This document shows, in pieces, positions 23,181 to 35,460 of a stretch of DNA of 40,490 nt (positions are counted from its first letter, which is position 1; each line of letters opens with the position of its first letter). A program made the position numbers and the translations under genes. Origin of the DNA: Phoronis australis (taxonomy: Eukaryota; Animalia; Phoronida); the NCBI GenBank assembly GCA_002633005.1, contig NMRA01000878.1, forward strand, positions 25,960 to 66,449, written 5' to 3'. The notes beneath the pieces were generated by a model. That model was not told the origin of the DNA and searched no databases. It saw only the letters and a list, made by a program, of their open reading frames with translations.

Positions 23181-25176
23181 ATGACTCAACATAAATCACA
23201 CAGTATACCATGCTCACTCAAGTACTGAAGGTCCTCTTTATTCAAGTTTTCATCTGGGATGGTTGGATGAAAACAGAGGAGATGACAATATCGATGACAG
23301 TTGTAACACCTTATATAAATGTTACCGTTCTCCAACGTTATCACGAATCCTGCATTTTTCAGTTCTTGTTCATGGATTCATAAGTACCCCTGAACCATAG
23401 GGAAAAAAGACATACTACGAAAACGAATCAAATTTTGAAAATCATCGCCTTCGTGTGATTACGTGTTGCTGTCGCCACACTGTTGTACCTTCCCAAAATC
23501 AATGTCGAAAATCGACGTTGCAGATGATAGAAACTTGTGTCCTACACTTAATCCATTTTTAAGAAAGGGGTCTACCGATTTTGTCTAATGTTGATAGAGC
23601 ATAACTTTTGGTTTTACAATGCATTAATTGTGTTGAATGCATTCATATTAGGTGGCTTCATTGAGTTGAACAGAAAATAAGCTAAATGAAATATAATAAA
23701 GTTTTGAAAAAATAGAACAGTAAAACAGGACTCCCTAAAAATCGATCTGTTTTCGAAAACTTTGCGCCATTGGTGATCTGATTGGTTCATGCATTTACGG
23801 CGGGAAAATAATAGACCAAGTATCGTGCACGTGTACACTGTAGCAAAACTTTGTATCTTATTCTTATTTGGCCAATCTGTTGATACAGTAAATTTCCTTA
23901 TTTATGCCCATCTTGATTTGACTGCAACCTGAGCTTGTTGGGTTCTATCATATATTGGGTTGGCATTGGGACCCACATGATGCTTACTCGAATGGGCTTC
24001 ATTTTCCAAGTATTTCAAATTGAGGTGAAGTAAATAAACAAAGTGGGTGATTATCATCACCAGAATTTCATTATTAGTATCTTTTGCCGGGTGCTCAAAT
24101 TTTCTGAGACTAGGGATTGTCAGATTTGTAAGGTAGAAGTGTTTCGCTGGATTTCCAGGTCCGTGGCGTTATTTATACACGACCAAAATTAAAAAGCAGA
24201 CCTTTGTTTAAATCAGGAGCTGCATGATACACATTTATTAGACGTTGCACTGATCACTTGAAACCATTTTTATGGTTTATTAATATATAATTAAACCAAG
24301 CTGAGGAGCTTGAACCTGATTCACAGCAATTTTTGGCAGTGGTATTTTCTGAAAAATGCTGGTAAGTTGACAACATAGTTTTAAAACAATAAACTGCTGT
24401 TTTGCAAAAACTCTGTTCATAGGTTACAGATGCGTCAGAGCATACGATTTCACCTGTTTCGGAGACCGGGTTTCAACCAATTTTGGGCTATATTAAGCGC
24501 CTCCTTTCTGAAGCGGATTTTTTCAAGCACCTTGGCCGCTTATTAGGGCGCATACGGTAATATTTCAGAAGGGCAATACTTAGTATCCTTTATGCACGGG
24601 ACCCATATGTTACAATAGGAGTGATATTGGCTCATCATGTACCCTACAGGGGGCATTGGACTTTACAAAACTGGTTGAAGAATTGTTTTTGTCATAAACG
24701 TTCGTTTGAAAGGCTTAAGTTTAGAACTGTTAGAACTTAAGGCGGAAATTTAAAAAAACTTATGTCCGCTTACAAAAAAATTAACATTGAAGAATAAAAA
24801 CAACCTTTACACCCCTCTGGTGTTCCTGTTCCATGTTTTCAAAGATGTTGGTTGCATTTTCATAGACTGCAGTCGAGAGATTTTGTGCGGCATATATTCG
24901 ACATGAAATGAGTGTGTAACCTGCTGTTGAATTGCGAGATAGATTTTGACTGGTCAGGGTGGTTATTTATGAAGTATTAATGTAATCTTTATTTATGTTA
25001 AAGGTTTTACCAGCGTTCTATTTTTTTGCACACGAATGTCAATTTGTTGAAATCGCTGACCCAAATCCTGGCCAAATGTGCGCATTCTGCTGAGACCAAC
25101 CGTCTGATAAGGGCCAGCGAAGAGTAATTTGGTTAATTCACTCACTAGGCTATGGCTCACTCGTAAGGACAAGAGT

Positions 25177-25392
25177 TTACGAAGTAGTAGATTCTCGTAA
25201 AAAACATTCATCTTTGAAGTGCCTTGAACAAATGTATAAAGTCTTATTGCTGAAACAACTGCGATTCACGTTGACACAAGAAGTAAGGTTTTCTTCCCAC
25301 AGCCAATTATGGGGTCTCCGTACGCTATGAAAGCTAACGCCTTTGCATTTCGCCTGTGTAGCCAAACAACCGGCCACAGAGCAGGCGACCAT
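25177..25392 (-). pseudogene. THAP zinc-finger domain relic of a DNA transposon (P-like)
   Basis: MVACSVAGC...GVSFH...W...ICSRHFKDECF is the C2CH THAP signature. Truncated. Candidate element end CATAGACTATAG at 25541. Confidence 0.8.
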
Positions 25393-26158
25393 GATTAGCA
25401 GACGACATACTTGCCGGAAATTACACCATATAATTATCCAGGTGTCGTCAGTGAATAATGACGTAAGGGCTTGTGCGTAAGGTCACATATTTCGTCCATT
25501 GAAAGTATACGGAGTTGGCGGTCCATGTACTATAGTCTATGGTGTCATGCATATAATGTAGTGAAAACTAAATGAGGCTAATAATATATTCACATTTGCA
25601 TCGTTCTCAGTCTATGACAATTATGCGATAACTGAGGGAGCAAAATGGAATGTACAAACAGAGAAATCACTACCAAATCATGAAACACAACCAAAGAAAA
25701 TGTGATTACATAGCCAGGAAGGACTACAACAAAAGTCTACGTTTCAAGAGCAGACTTTTTCAACTAAAATTACAGCAATGACACCAAGAATAACAAATCA
25801 TTTAATATGTTAAATCCAAGAATATCCGCAGAGACAAAAGCATAACGTAAAACGCAACAGGTAATTGAAAGTTTATCGACAATGGCCACAGGTCTGATTT
25901 TGGGAAGTACAATCTAGAAATAGTGCCTAGAATCACCTATAATTGTTTTCAACCTTAAAAAAGTCAAGGTTTCGTTTTGTTGACAATCATAATATCAGTA
26001 AATCCAATACAATCCATGGTGCGAACAAGTTTCACTAAAAGTAACCCTAAGTACAACCTGGTTATACGAGGTGGAAATTAGAAAACTTAGACCTATGACC
26101 ACAAAAATATTCTTTTTCCTTTAATTTAAAACTACTGAGCTTCATACACATATCTATA

Positions 26159-26653
26159 GGGCCTTTTATACTAACATCGACGCGTCGAAGTTTTTGGTAG
26201 TTAATGTCAGTATGAACGCTTAAATTTGGTCCTGGAAGGAAGTTAACTGTGCCAGTTAACTTCACACTAAACAGGTAGATTTAATTGCTTAGCGTCATTG
26301 CTGCCACGCAGTATAAATGGTCAACTTCGGTCCAATCGAAGTTATTGCCAGGGGCCACTGTTATCACAAACAATTGCATAGTAGTGTGATGGCTAATAGT
26401 TGCTTATTCCTTGCTCTAATAATCACCAATCAATTTAAAAATAAGTTTTATGTCAATTAACACATGTAAATGTTCCCAAGTTGTCATATCTTAGAGTGCA
26501 GTGCTACCTTGCGATACCTTCGATCACGACAGCGTCACCTACTGTTTACTTCGAAATTCATTAACTACCGAAGCCAGAATGAACGGTCCAGTTAACTTCG
26601 CAGTATACGCCGATGCTCCGCTCAGACAAGAATTAAGTCATTGTGAAAGGCCC
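26159..26653. mobile_element. Possible Harbinger-like MITE
   Basis: gggccttttatact vs reverse complement gggcctttcacaat; internal repeated GTTAACTTC motif; TSD unclear. Confidence 0.4.
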
Positions 26654-27766
26654 TTTGGTAGATCACAAGCCACTTAATCTTCTTTAGCTGGATCTGCTCT
26701 CTTAGCTTCACAGGCAAATTATCAATGGTTTGTGAAGGCAAACGCGCGTTTCTGAGCTCAGATAACTGAATTCACAGGTTCATGACCTGCAGTTCGTACG
26801 TGCGTACGTTGTGTTGTCTGGATAATTTTCCTTATCCACCGATTGTTGAAGGCACACTCTGCAATAAAGGCAACAAATTTTAATAACACACGGGTAAAAG
26901 CTATCAGCATAAGACAACATAACTTGCTGGATATTTATCATGCTGTTTATAAAACACTGATTTGTAAAACTTCCTGACTTATATACAGAGCCTAGAAAAT
27001 AGTCTTCAAACTCAAACTTTAACCAATCACTCTCCAGGATTCAAGTGCAAGACTAGTCTGGAAAGTTACTTCAAGCATGCACTGCAGTTGGTCAGTTTTC
27101 CACATACTGTTTTGAATGAAGTTTTAATCCTGGACTCGCGACATTCAAAACAATTATACTCTATACAACTTGAATACAAAACATGCACATGGTCACCTAT
27201 CATGCTATCACAATCTAGATCAAACCGTGCATGACAAAACTTAATGTGTTAATAAAAGTTGGACTACAGGCTAGCCAGGTATCGTGTTCTGTAACCTTTT
27301 AGTTCAAGTTCAATTACAAATTGATTAATATTTTTATCAAATGATGAAACTGTTGGCAACTGCAATAAACTAAAATTCCCATTATATTTATGAACTTTTC
27401 ATTGTTTAATTCGTTAATCTGATAAGAAAATCCACAACTCTACATAATGAGCAGAGCTAGTTGTATTCTAACTAGCTGTCTCCAGCCAGCATAGAACTTC
27501 TTACTAATGTTTCATGGACATTAACCAGCACAGTCAAGGTTAGAACTGAAAGTTTAATCTCATGTATACTTCCGCGTGTACTTTTTGAAACTTATAGCAA
27601 AACCAAGAAGCTTTATATTGACTTGAGCAAATGGCTACAAGAATTTGTGAGCTAGTTAGATTATAAGCCCATTGGCTAAACCAAGGACATATTTCATATT
27701 ATTTCAAATTCAAACCCTGATAGCAGCACTATTTTTAACTCAACAATGAAACATATGAAGCTCTAC

Positions 27767-27871
27767 CTGCCACGTGGATGTAAACAGCTCAATCCCATCC
27801 CTGGGTGATTGTTTCGATGCAAATGTTTGGATGTCTAGTTCTTCCAAGTACTTCTCCAAGTTAATAGAGAC
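27767..27871 (-). CDS. Candidate 105-bp phase 0-0 coding exon of unknown gene
   Basis: Acceptor tcttattgttttcAG, donor CAG/GTAGAG, open frame VSINLEKYLEELDIQTFASKQSPRDGIELFTSTWQ. Confidence 0.45.
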
Positions 27872-27968
27872 CTGAAAACAATAAGATATTAGCAAACATA
27901 ACAGTATGTGATAGCTTCTTCAGAATCCAGACATAACCTATTTGCAGGGAATGTTACCATGTGAAGAT

Positions 27969-28135
27969 CAGGGGCGGTCGGGCGGATTAAGGATTTTGAG
28001 TTGTGGGGTTAGGGCAGAGTAGGGTTTTGCCCAACAAATATTCACCCCCTGCCCCCCAACTGCCAATTGATCTTGTAGTAGCGTTTTAGGGGGCCGGGAC
28101 CATGTCCCCTTAGCTGTCCTCTGAATCCACCATTG
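27969..28135 (-). mobile_element. hAT-like MITE related to 35983-36148
   Basis: Termini caggggcgg / atccaccattg; ggattttgagtt is the reverse complement of aactcaaaatcc in the 36 kb copy; aagat repeated on both flanks. Confidence 0.55.
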
Positions 28136-28619
28136 AAGATACTGGCAAGGTCTTCACATCAGGTCTTACGTAACCATAATAGTTTACAGTAAAAATAAAA
28201 TTATTATCTCATGTACAATAGTAAACAAAAATATACTATATCCTATACTCAACACAAATGAAACTTGCCCAATAACTACGTTTTTTAAGAATTGGATGAG
28301 TTCTATTGATTACATTGTACTGACTAGGTCAGTGTCTCAGGGCAATAACATTGGATGCATTCTTACTGTTGTTGGTCACCGGATGTTCGTCTACATTTAA
28401 ATTCATAAAGACGTGCGATAATGATTACGTAATTGCACTAAATATGTACTGACCAGGTTAAACGTTCGTCGTTTTATGCTTTGTATCTATGTAAATGTTA
28501 AGGAAACATTCGGGAAACATTTTTATGAGATGATGGGTTTTGCATGAGCAAACAATAATTTTTTGTTGGAAAAAAATGGGAAAAATTTCGAACCAAAAGT
28601 TAAATATCTCACTATATTC

Positions 28620-28992
28620 AAAATTCAAAACTTGAAAACGTAAATTTTCATCACAGAGAAACCTTAGAGTTTTTAGAAAATTCAAGTTTTCCACACATGA
28701 AAAAATTCAATTTTCTGAAAAAATTAAGAAGTCAGGAAAACTTAAGTTTTTAAAATTGCAAAAAGTTTCGTGATATACTTAAGTTATCAGAAAAACTTAA
28801 GTTTTAATAGTACAAAAAACTTTAGTTTTCTGAAAAATTTAACATTGTGCTGACACACTTAAGTTTTTGGCGAAAAACTTAAGTTTTAAAAACTTAAGTT
28901 TCTTTAAAAAACTTAAGTTTTTCGGAAGAACTTAAGTTTTTCCTCTAAAACTTAAGTTTTTTCGCCAAAAACTTAAGTTTTCAGCGTAAGGA
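28620..28992. repeat. Array of AAAACTTAAGTTTT units (right arm), decaying inward
   Basis: Same unit as 22036-22465, best conserved next to the terminal gtaagg. Confidence 0.88.
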
Positions 28993-29143
28993 TTTTGTAT
29001 TTATGTGTATGTTTGTATTTAAATTTGTATGTCTGTACAGGTGTATGTGTGTTCTTATATATGTGTAAAGCCACCCGACATTTCACCAACTCATATGAGA
29101 GAGTTGATGACCATCAGTTCAACCAAAGTACCATTTCGCCATA

Positions 29144-32100
29144 TGCAGCACAAATCACGGATTTTTGTCCGACGGTGGATAATTGGTCGACGACCGGCCG
29201 TCGACCGTTCGGCAAATTAGCAAACAGGTCAGCTAAAAATTAGCCGACCGGCAGCCGGCCGGGGTGCCGAATCATAAGGCGACTCCTCAGCCGACCTTTC
29301 AGCCGACCGGACATCAGCTGACCAGCTGGTCGGCTGCTATTCTTAGGCGTCAAATAAATTAACCTAAGGTGGGCCGTTGAGGGGAAAGTGTCGCCGTGAA
29401 ATTACGTTCGTAATTACGAGCGTAAATTAAATTTCAAAAGTGTTGCAGTAAAAGTACCCTCGTAAATTAAATGGGGGAAGTGTCGCCGTAAATTACGCTC
29501 GTAAAATACCTTCAGAACGTTCCAAATTTAAACCAATCAGTGTTGACCTAACATACACGACTGTTAATGGGTAGCTCGTTCTTGCACAATCGCTAACATT
29601 GCAGCAGCGATTTGATCCGCAATGATTCAGCGCTCGTATCGAAGACATGTAACCCATCAGTAAATAAGTATTTCCATGAGCACGCGCGACCGTGGATTGT
29701 AAAATCCAACGTCATTGGCTAAGAGTTTAAACTAAATTACGAGCGTATTTTACGCCGTAAAGAATTAAATTACGCTCGTAATTTTACGGCGTAATTAACG
29801 GCGTTAATAACGGCGTAATGTACACAATTACGTCAGTATTTTTCCGGCGACACTTTCCCCCCAACGGCACATCATATTAACCTAGTTTTACCGTCTCCGT
29901 CACATGAGTTCACATCGGTTGTGTAACACCACTAATTCGAAGGTTTAAGACAGGCGGTAATATCATTGAATTATTGACAGTGATACAAGTTTTGGATAGA
30001 AAACGTGAAAGTTTTTTCAACATTTGATCTTTAATTTGACTTCTGACGTTAACAAGATGCATTAGATTGGTTGCTTCCTGGTCCATACAACGCTGTAGTT
30101 ATTTTGTAAACGCAGCTATTTTTGACAGTCTTCGCCTACAATTGTTTTTTGTTTGCGTTACACCGAACTGCATCTTTTTGCGTTATTAAAATTCTCCACG
30201 GGTCACCTATCACGTGCCCATGATGATGGGGTATTGAGTTGCAGTATAGACGCGAACTTCACGGTCCAGCATGCCCTGAACCCACGGACGTCGATGGCTC
30301 TAACATCGAAATCATATGGTTACTATTTCCACGAACTTAGACAGTGATATCAAACACGGAATAACCACTGCTGAGGCAACAACCAATTCTAGCTTCGTGC
30401 ATTTCATTTTTAGTGCATGGGTGGCGTTATAATCTGCGCTAGTTACATGTATCAGTTCTTCGTTCACGCTGTTCCAAAAATAAAATCTTTTCTGTCAACA
30501 ACATATTGACAAATTATGTAAAATAAAACAATTTTGAACGGGAAGATGTGAATTAGTGGTGAAGAGGTATTTGTCTCTTGACACCATATTTGCGGGAATC
30601 TTTGGTAAAGCGATTGCGATGTCGAAAAAATGATAGAAAATAAACAATGGTGCAGAATAATTCTTCTGTTTTCAGCTGTAAGAGGACTTACAACAATCTT
30701 AAAAATGTTTAGGACGAGAGTGCTTCATCAGAAATGCCAAGCGCATACAGCGTAGTAAAACAGAGACGTTGACGTTTCCGTATGTCCAGAAAAGTGCTTT
30801 GAGCAGTGTGTAAAAATATGTTCATTTCGCTTTTCTAAACTGACGAATATGGCCAACACTGTGTTTTAAAAAATCCACTTTTGAGGCCATTTTCAACAAT
30901 TAACATGTTTGGTTGAAGCATTCAGAGAGTCAGTGCCAACGTCGTCCAGCAAATGTACACGTTTACGGCATAGTGATTACAGTGTCACTGACTCGGAGCA
31001 CGTTCTTAGGCACATGTATATTGTAATATCGGTTGAATTATGTGTTATAACTGTGGATAGCACATACGCGTACAATAAGCCATTCACATTTTATCTGATC
31101 ACAATTCACTCCCTGCTTTGAAAACAAACAATCGTTTAGATAATTTTGGGAAAGAACGTGAACTAAAATGATAGGACAAACACTACATACATACTGTAGT
31201 CCAGATTCTACGTTCGAACACCGCTTTTGTGACAAAAGAAACTCTCAACAGGAGAATTTTGCAGTGACACCTAAATAAAAATATTTTTACCCCTTAGAGT
31301 AGACGCGAAATAATAAGTATTGTGTTCATACTCCAAAGGGCTCGGTCTTGGTGGAAGCTGTTTACTAAATTAAATATACAACTTTGCGCCCTTATGGGTA
31401 AGAACTGACCGAATAAAATCTTCCTTGAGTAATCTAAATCATTTAACGACGTTGCAAAAATTGCTTTTCTACAGTTATTCTGCTGCTAAAATTGTGATCT
31501 TTTGCGTCGATTTTTGGCGCAATGAAATAGTGCGTCAACAATTAGCCAATTTATTTTTCCCTCGAGGTTGCGTAAACGTCACACCAAATGATTAGAATTG
31601 GTTTCACTTCATCAAATGTTTTTGGTATTTTTAAAACCAAGTTTAGAACATATTTTGCTGCGATGTTGTCATCATCTAATGGGAGGTGTCGAAAAAATTC
31701 TGGAAGTGGCGCGTGTCACGAATGTATCACCTTCAAAACGACGACATACATTTCTTTGTTACCAATTTAGAAAATTACGCAAGAAAATGACGTCGGATAA
31801 TTTTCTCTTGAACGGCCGTAAGGGGCAAGGTGAATGTCAATTGAGTTTCACATTTTGCATGCACACCGGCCTGTCCTTAGCTCATGTTGATACAAGCTTC
31901 ATGACGAGGTGACGAGCGTATTTACTTGGGCTGTGTCCAATTTCGAGGTCTAACAGAGCTCAAAACACATTGGCAACTTGCTGTATTTTGACTATAGTCT
32001 TCATAGAGCTAGCTGGCTCTAAGGAAGGCTCTAGCTTCGAAACATTTTTTTACTCCGAAACTGACAACAAATTCAGAATGATGATGGATCATGGATGACA

Positions 32101-32415
32101 CTATAACCGATCACATTCTTCCATTTTCATGCGCTCATTATCTTAATCTTTGCGCTTTGTTAAAACCATTGTTTGTGTTGTTCTTAAAATAAACGTTTGT
32201 TCTACTGCAGTACCCACATATTAAGAAATTATGCAAAAATAAACAATAATTATCTGCGGTAAAGCACATTATATAGCATGATGAAGTGATGATCAAGATA
32301 AATAACAGATGAGCGCGAAGGCGTACTGCTTGTAGTGAGCATTCTGCGGCATGAAAACACTTGAGGTCGTAAAACAGCCAGCGTTGTATTCTTCTTTTTG
32401 TGCAATTTTACTGTT
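29144..32415 (+). mobile_element. Copy B of the 5.1-kb TIR element, inverted relative to copy A, internally deleted
   Basis: Starts tgcagcacaaatcacgg. 29144-30958 matches the reverse complement of ~14319-12700; 31283-32415 matches the reverse complement of ~10900-9718. Confidence 0.88.
29366..29875. mobile_element. MITE with ~31-bp TIRs and AATTACG repeats inserted in copy B
   Basis: TIR core GCCGTTGRGGGGAAAGTGTCGCCG; target duplication ATTAACCT (8 bp; alternatively TTAACC, 6 bp, with TA termini); empty site visible in copies A and C. Confidence 0.88.
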
Positions 32416-32422
32416 TTCACAA

Positions 32423-34350
32423 CGTGGAATGCTCAACAAACAGCACGCATTTGCGCTTATCCGATGCTCTTGATCATTACTTCATCAGGCTGGATATTGT
32501 GCTTTACCACAGATAATTATTGTTTTTATCTGTGTAATTTCTTAATATGCTGTTACAGCAATAGAACCCAAGTTTATTTTAGGAACTACATATTAAACAA
32601 TGGTTTGAACATTGTTCCGATATTAAATCATGGGCGCATGAAAACGGTAGAATGTGATCTGTCTATAGTATCATCCATCATCAATCTGAATTTGTTGTCA
32701 CTTTCGCAGTAAAAATCGTTTCGAAGCTAGAGTCTTCCTATCTAGCCAGTTAGCTGAATGAAGACTATTTTCAAAATATAGCAAGGGGACAGTGTATTGA
32801 GCTCAATTAGACCTCTAAATTTCACACACAACCCGGATAGTTACGCTCGTCACATCGTAGTGAAGCTTNGTTTCACTAAAAGTAACCCTAAGTGCAACCT
32901 GGTTATACGGCGGGTGTACATGCAAAATCTGGAAGACAATTGACATTCAACTAGCCAGTCACGGCCGTTTAAGCAAAAAACATCCGACGTCATCTTCTTC
33001 CATAATTCTCTGCCTTTTGTAACGAAAAAGCGTATGTCGTCGTTTTGAAAAGAGTTCATTCGGGACACGCGCTGCTTCCAAAAATGTTTTCGACATCTCC
33101 CATTATATGATGACAACATCATAGCAAAATTTGTTATAAAATTCGGTTTACTGATATCAAAATTCCAAAAACGTATATTGAAGTGAAAACAATTCTGATC
33201 ATTTGTTGAGACGTTTACACAATCTCGAGGGAGAACGTTTGATTGAAGAATCTGGGAAAATGAAACTGACTAATAGGTGACGCAATATTTCATTGCGTCG
33301 AAAGTCGACGCAAAAGATCACACCATAACTTTAGAATACCAATTTTTGCAACGCTGGTAAATAATTTAGATTACTCTAGGAAGATTTTATTCGGTCAGTT
33401 TTTACCCACAACTGCGCTAATTTGTATATTTACTTTTGTAAATAGCTTCGCACCAAAGATAGAGCCTTCCGAGCCCTTCGGCGTAAGAACACAATACTTG
33501 GCGTTTCGCGTATACTCCAAGGGGTAAAACTTTGAAAATAGTTTTTTCGGGGTAACTTGGTACATGTAATCCTAAAAAAGTAGTCTGTGTTTTCATGTAG
33601 AGCGTAAAAAATGTTAACCCAGTGATTCAAAAATAACACTCCCGCAAACGAAAACGTACACATTTTTCTGTTCTATTTTACAGGTTAAAAAACAAATTAT
33701 ATGAGTTTATTGCATCAATTCTAGTGATCACGAGGGCAAATCAACACTCTTAATTAAGGGCGGCGCAATTTCAAACCTTTGGCATGAATCATTGTTATAA
33801 AAATGGAATTAGACCATTAGCAATGCAGACACAACAGTTAGAGACACTAACTGCGTTTGTTAACGTCTTGTGCCAATGATAAAAATAACTGATTCTAATA
33901 CTTGATAACAAGTTTACCTTGATGAGGTATGATGTAAGACGCATGTCTAATATGCAGATCGGCAGTTGCAAAAATATTTACTGGGTTTAATGAATCCACT
34001 TGTTATGAACCACTGCAAAAGTATGATTACTAATTGTACATTCGAAGCACACATCATTAAATTATAAACATACACATGCTTGATGACCCTGGGAGTACCT
34101 CTATTACAGCCATAAATGAAGGTACGTAGTTGTTTAGCCTTAGAGTATAATAAGGCTTACATAATATTACACTGAGCCATCTACACCAGGCATATACAAA
34201 GGATACAATATTTGAAAAGAAGCCACAACTACTCATTTTTCATAGTATTGCTAAATCACAAACACCTAGATTTGTAAAAGAAGTTACATAGTAAGATGCT
34301 ACACAACCTGCTCTCAGACATTTATGGAAGGCCTAAGTGGAAACATTTAA
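32423..34350 (-). mobile_element. Copy D: internal fragment of the 5.1-kb element in the same orientation as copy A
   Basis: Colinear direct match to ~9786-11752; homology stops exactly at TTAA (34347-34350). Confidence 0.9.
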
Positions 34351-35076
34351 GACGGGCTTTTTGGTAGAATCTGCAAATGCTTGAAATGTTGGCGGATGCA
34401 GTATTACCGATGGAGCTCATAATTTGCATGTTGCATTTAACTATCATATTGGTTGTTATATTGCATTTTTTGCTGAAGGTTCGGTTTTCAAAAAGTCACA
34501 AAAACTGTGTTTTTTCCCGTTAATTATGAGACACTTGACACTAGAGTGTACCTCATAAACAGGCAAATGTATTCCGCTTCATCTGCTGTTACATTGGATA
34601 ATTAGCCTTAAAAAGCAATTGGCTATTAAAAACAACTGTATTTTGTCCAAATAAAAAAATTAAACGACTTCTTTGGTCTTCTTTGTTGATTTACAGTCGT
34701 TCTATTGAGGACAGTGAAATGAGGTGTACAAAAACGTGATTTTTGTCCAAGTTCAAAGACTTATTTTTAGGAATCGCAAAGGTTTACCCAAAAAAGATAT
34801 GCATTAATGCTTGAATTGGACTTCGCTCTTTTATGTCATCTATAGCTAATATTAGTAAAACTTACCCCACGCTCACAATTTTGAAACGATCGGACGTAAT
34901 GTATTTTCGAAAATGCCCTTGAGGCGTCGCTAGTAAACGGTCATAAATTGATAATTTTGGTATATTCGGCGTCACTTGATGAATGGCACTACACAGGGCG
35001 AAAGGGTTAGCTATATCGGCTTTCATCTCAGAGCCTTTCGGTTCGAGATTAGCACAAATCAAATTGGTTGTAGCAG

Positions 35077-35460
35077 ATGGCTTCAGCTTTTCGTTTGCAG
35101 AAAGGTCAAGCTGTAAATGCTCAACAGTGTGCGAACAAAGAAACCTGTTACCGGTTAGTTGCTGCAAAAATAATACGGCGAGCCATATGAAACAAATCAA
35201 AGTGTCTGAAGACATTGAGGAATGGCAGTTGTTTATGAACCGAGGAGGATTTGAGCAACTAGACGAGCTTGAACAGTATGTACCCGACACCGCTTGGACA
35301 TCGGCTTGGGGGTTTCGGCCGAAGAAACACTGTTGTTATCCAGGTCATCGTGGTCGAAGGGGTGGAGGCATAACTGCATCCAAGTCGAGCAGACCAGTGA
35401 CCATGAAGTTCGCAAGTGTTGTAAAAAGTTTTAGAAATGAGATCTTACCCATAGGCACAG
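35077..35460 (+). pseudogene. Sola3-like transposase first exon relic
   Basis: SFAERSSC...LLPVSCC...H...EEWQLFMNRGGF, frameshifted TVCTRHRLDIGL, FRPKKHCCYPGH...LPIGT, then donor GTGAGG at 35461. Confidence 0.65.

Larger units (their letters stand above)
22036..28992. mobile_element. Putative ~7-kb foldback/CACTA-like element with repeat-array arms and mixed cargo
   Basis: Outer ends CCCTTAC / GTAAGGA (6/7 complementary), TT on both flanks, same repeat unit in both arms, and both flanks look like one interrupted LINE 3' UTR. Confidence 0.5.

Noticed and set aside
23560-24560. Tc1/mariner-like end motifs (cactgta at ~23842, tacggta at ~24559)
   Set aside because: Only single ends are visible, with no partner TIRs identified.
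28316-28460. Imperfect 16-bp direct repeats (tgtactgac.aggt.a) as the TSD of a short retroposed insert
   Set aside because: Two mismatches, no poly(A) tail or Pol III boxes between them.
30959-31282. Possible solo LTR inside copy B
   Set aside because: No clear TG...CA boundaries with a TSD; it could be element sequence lost from copy A.
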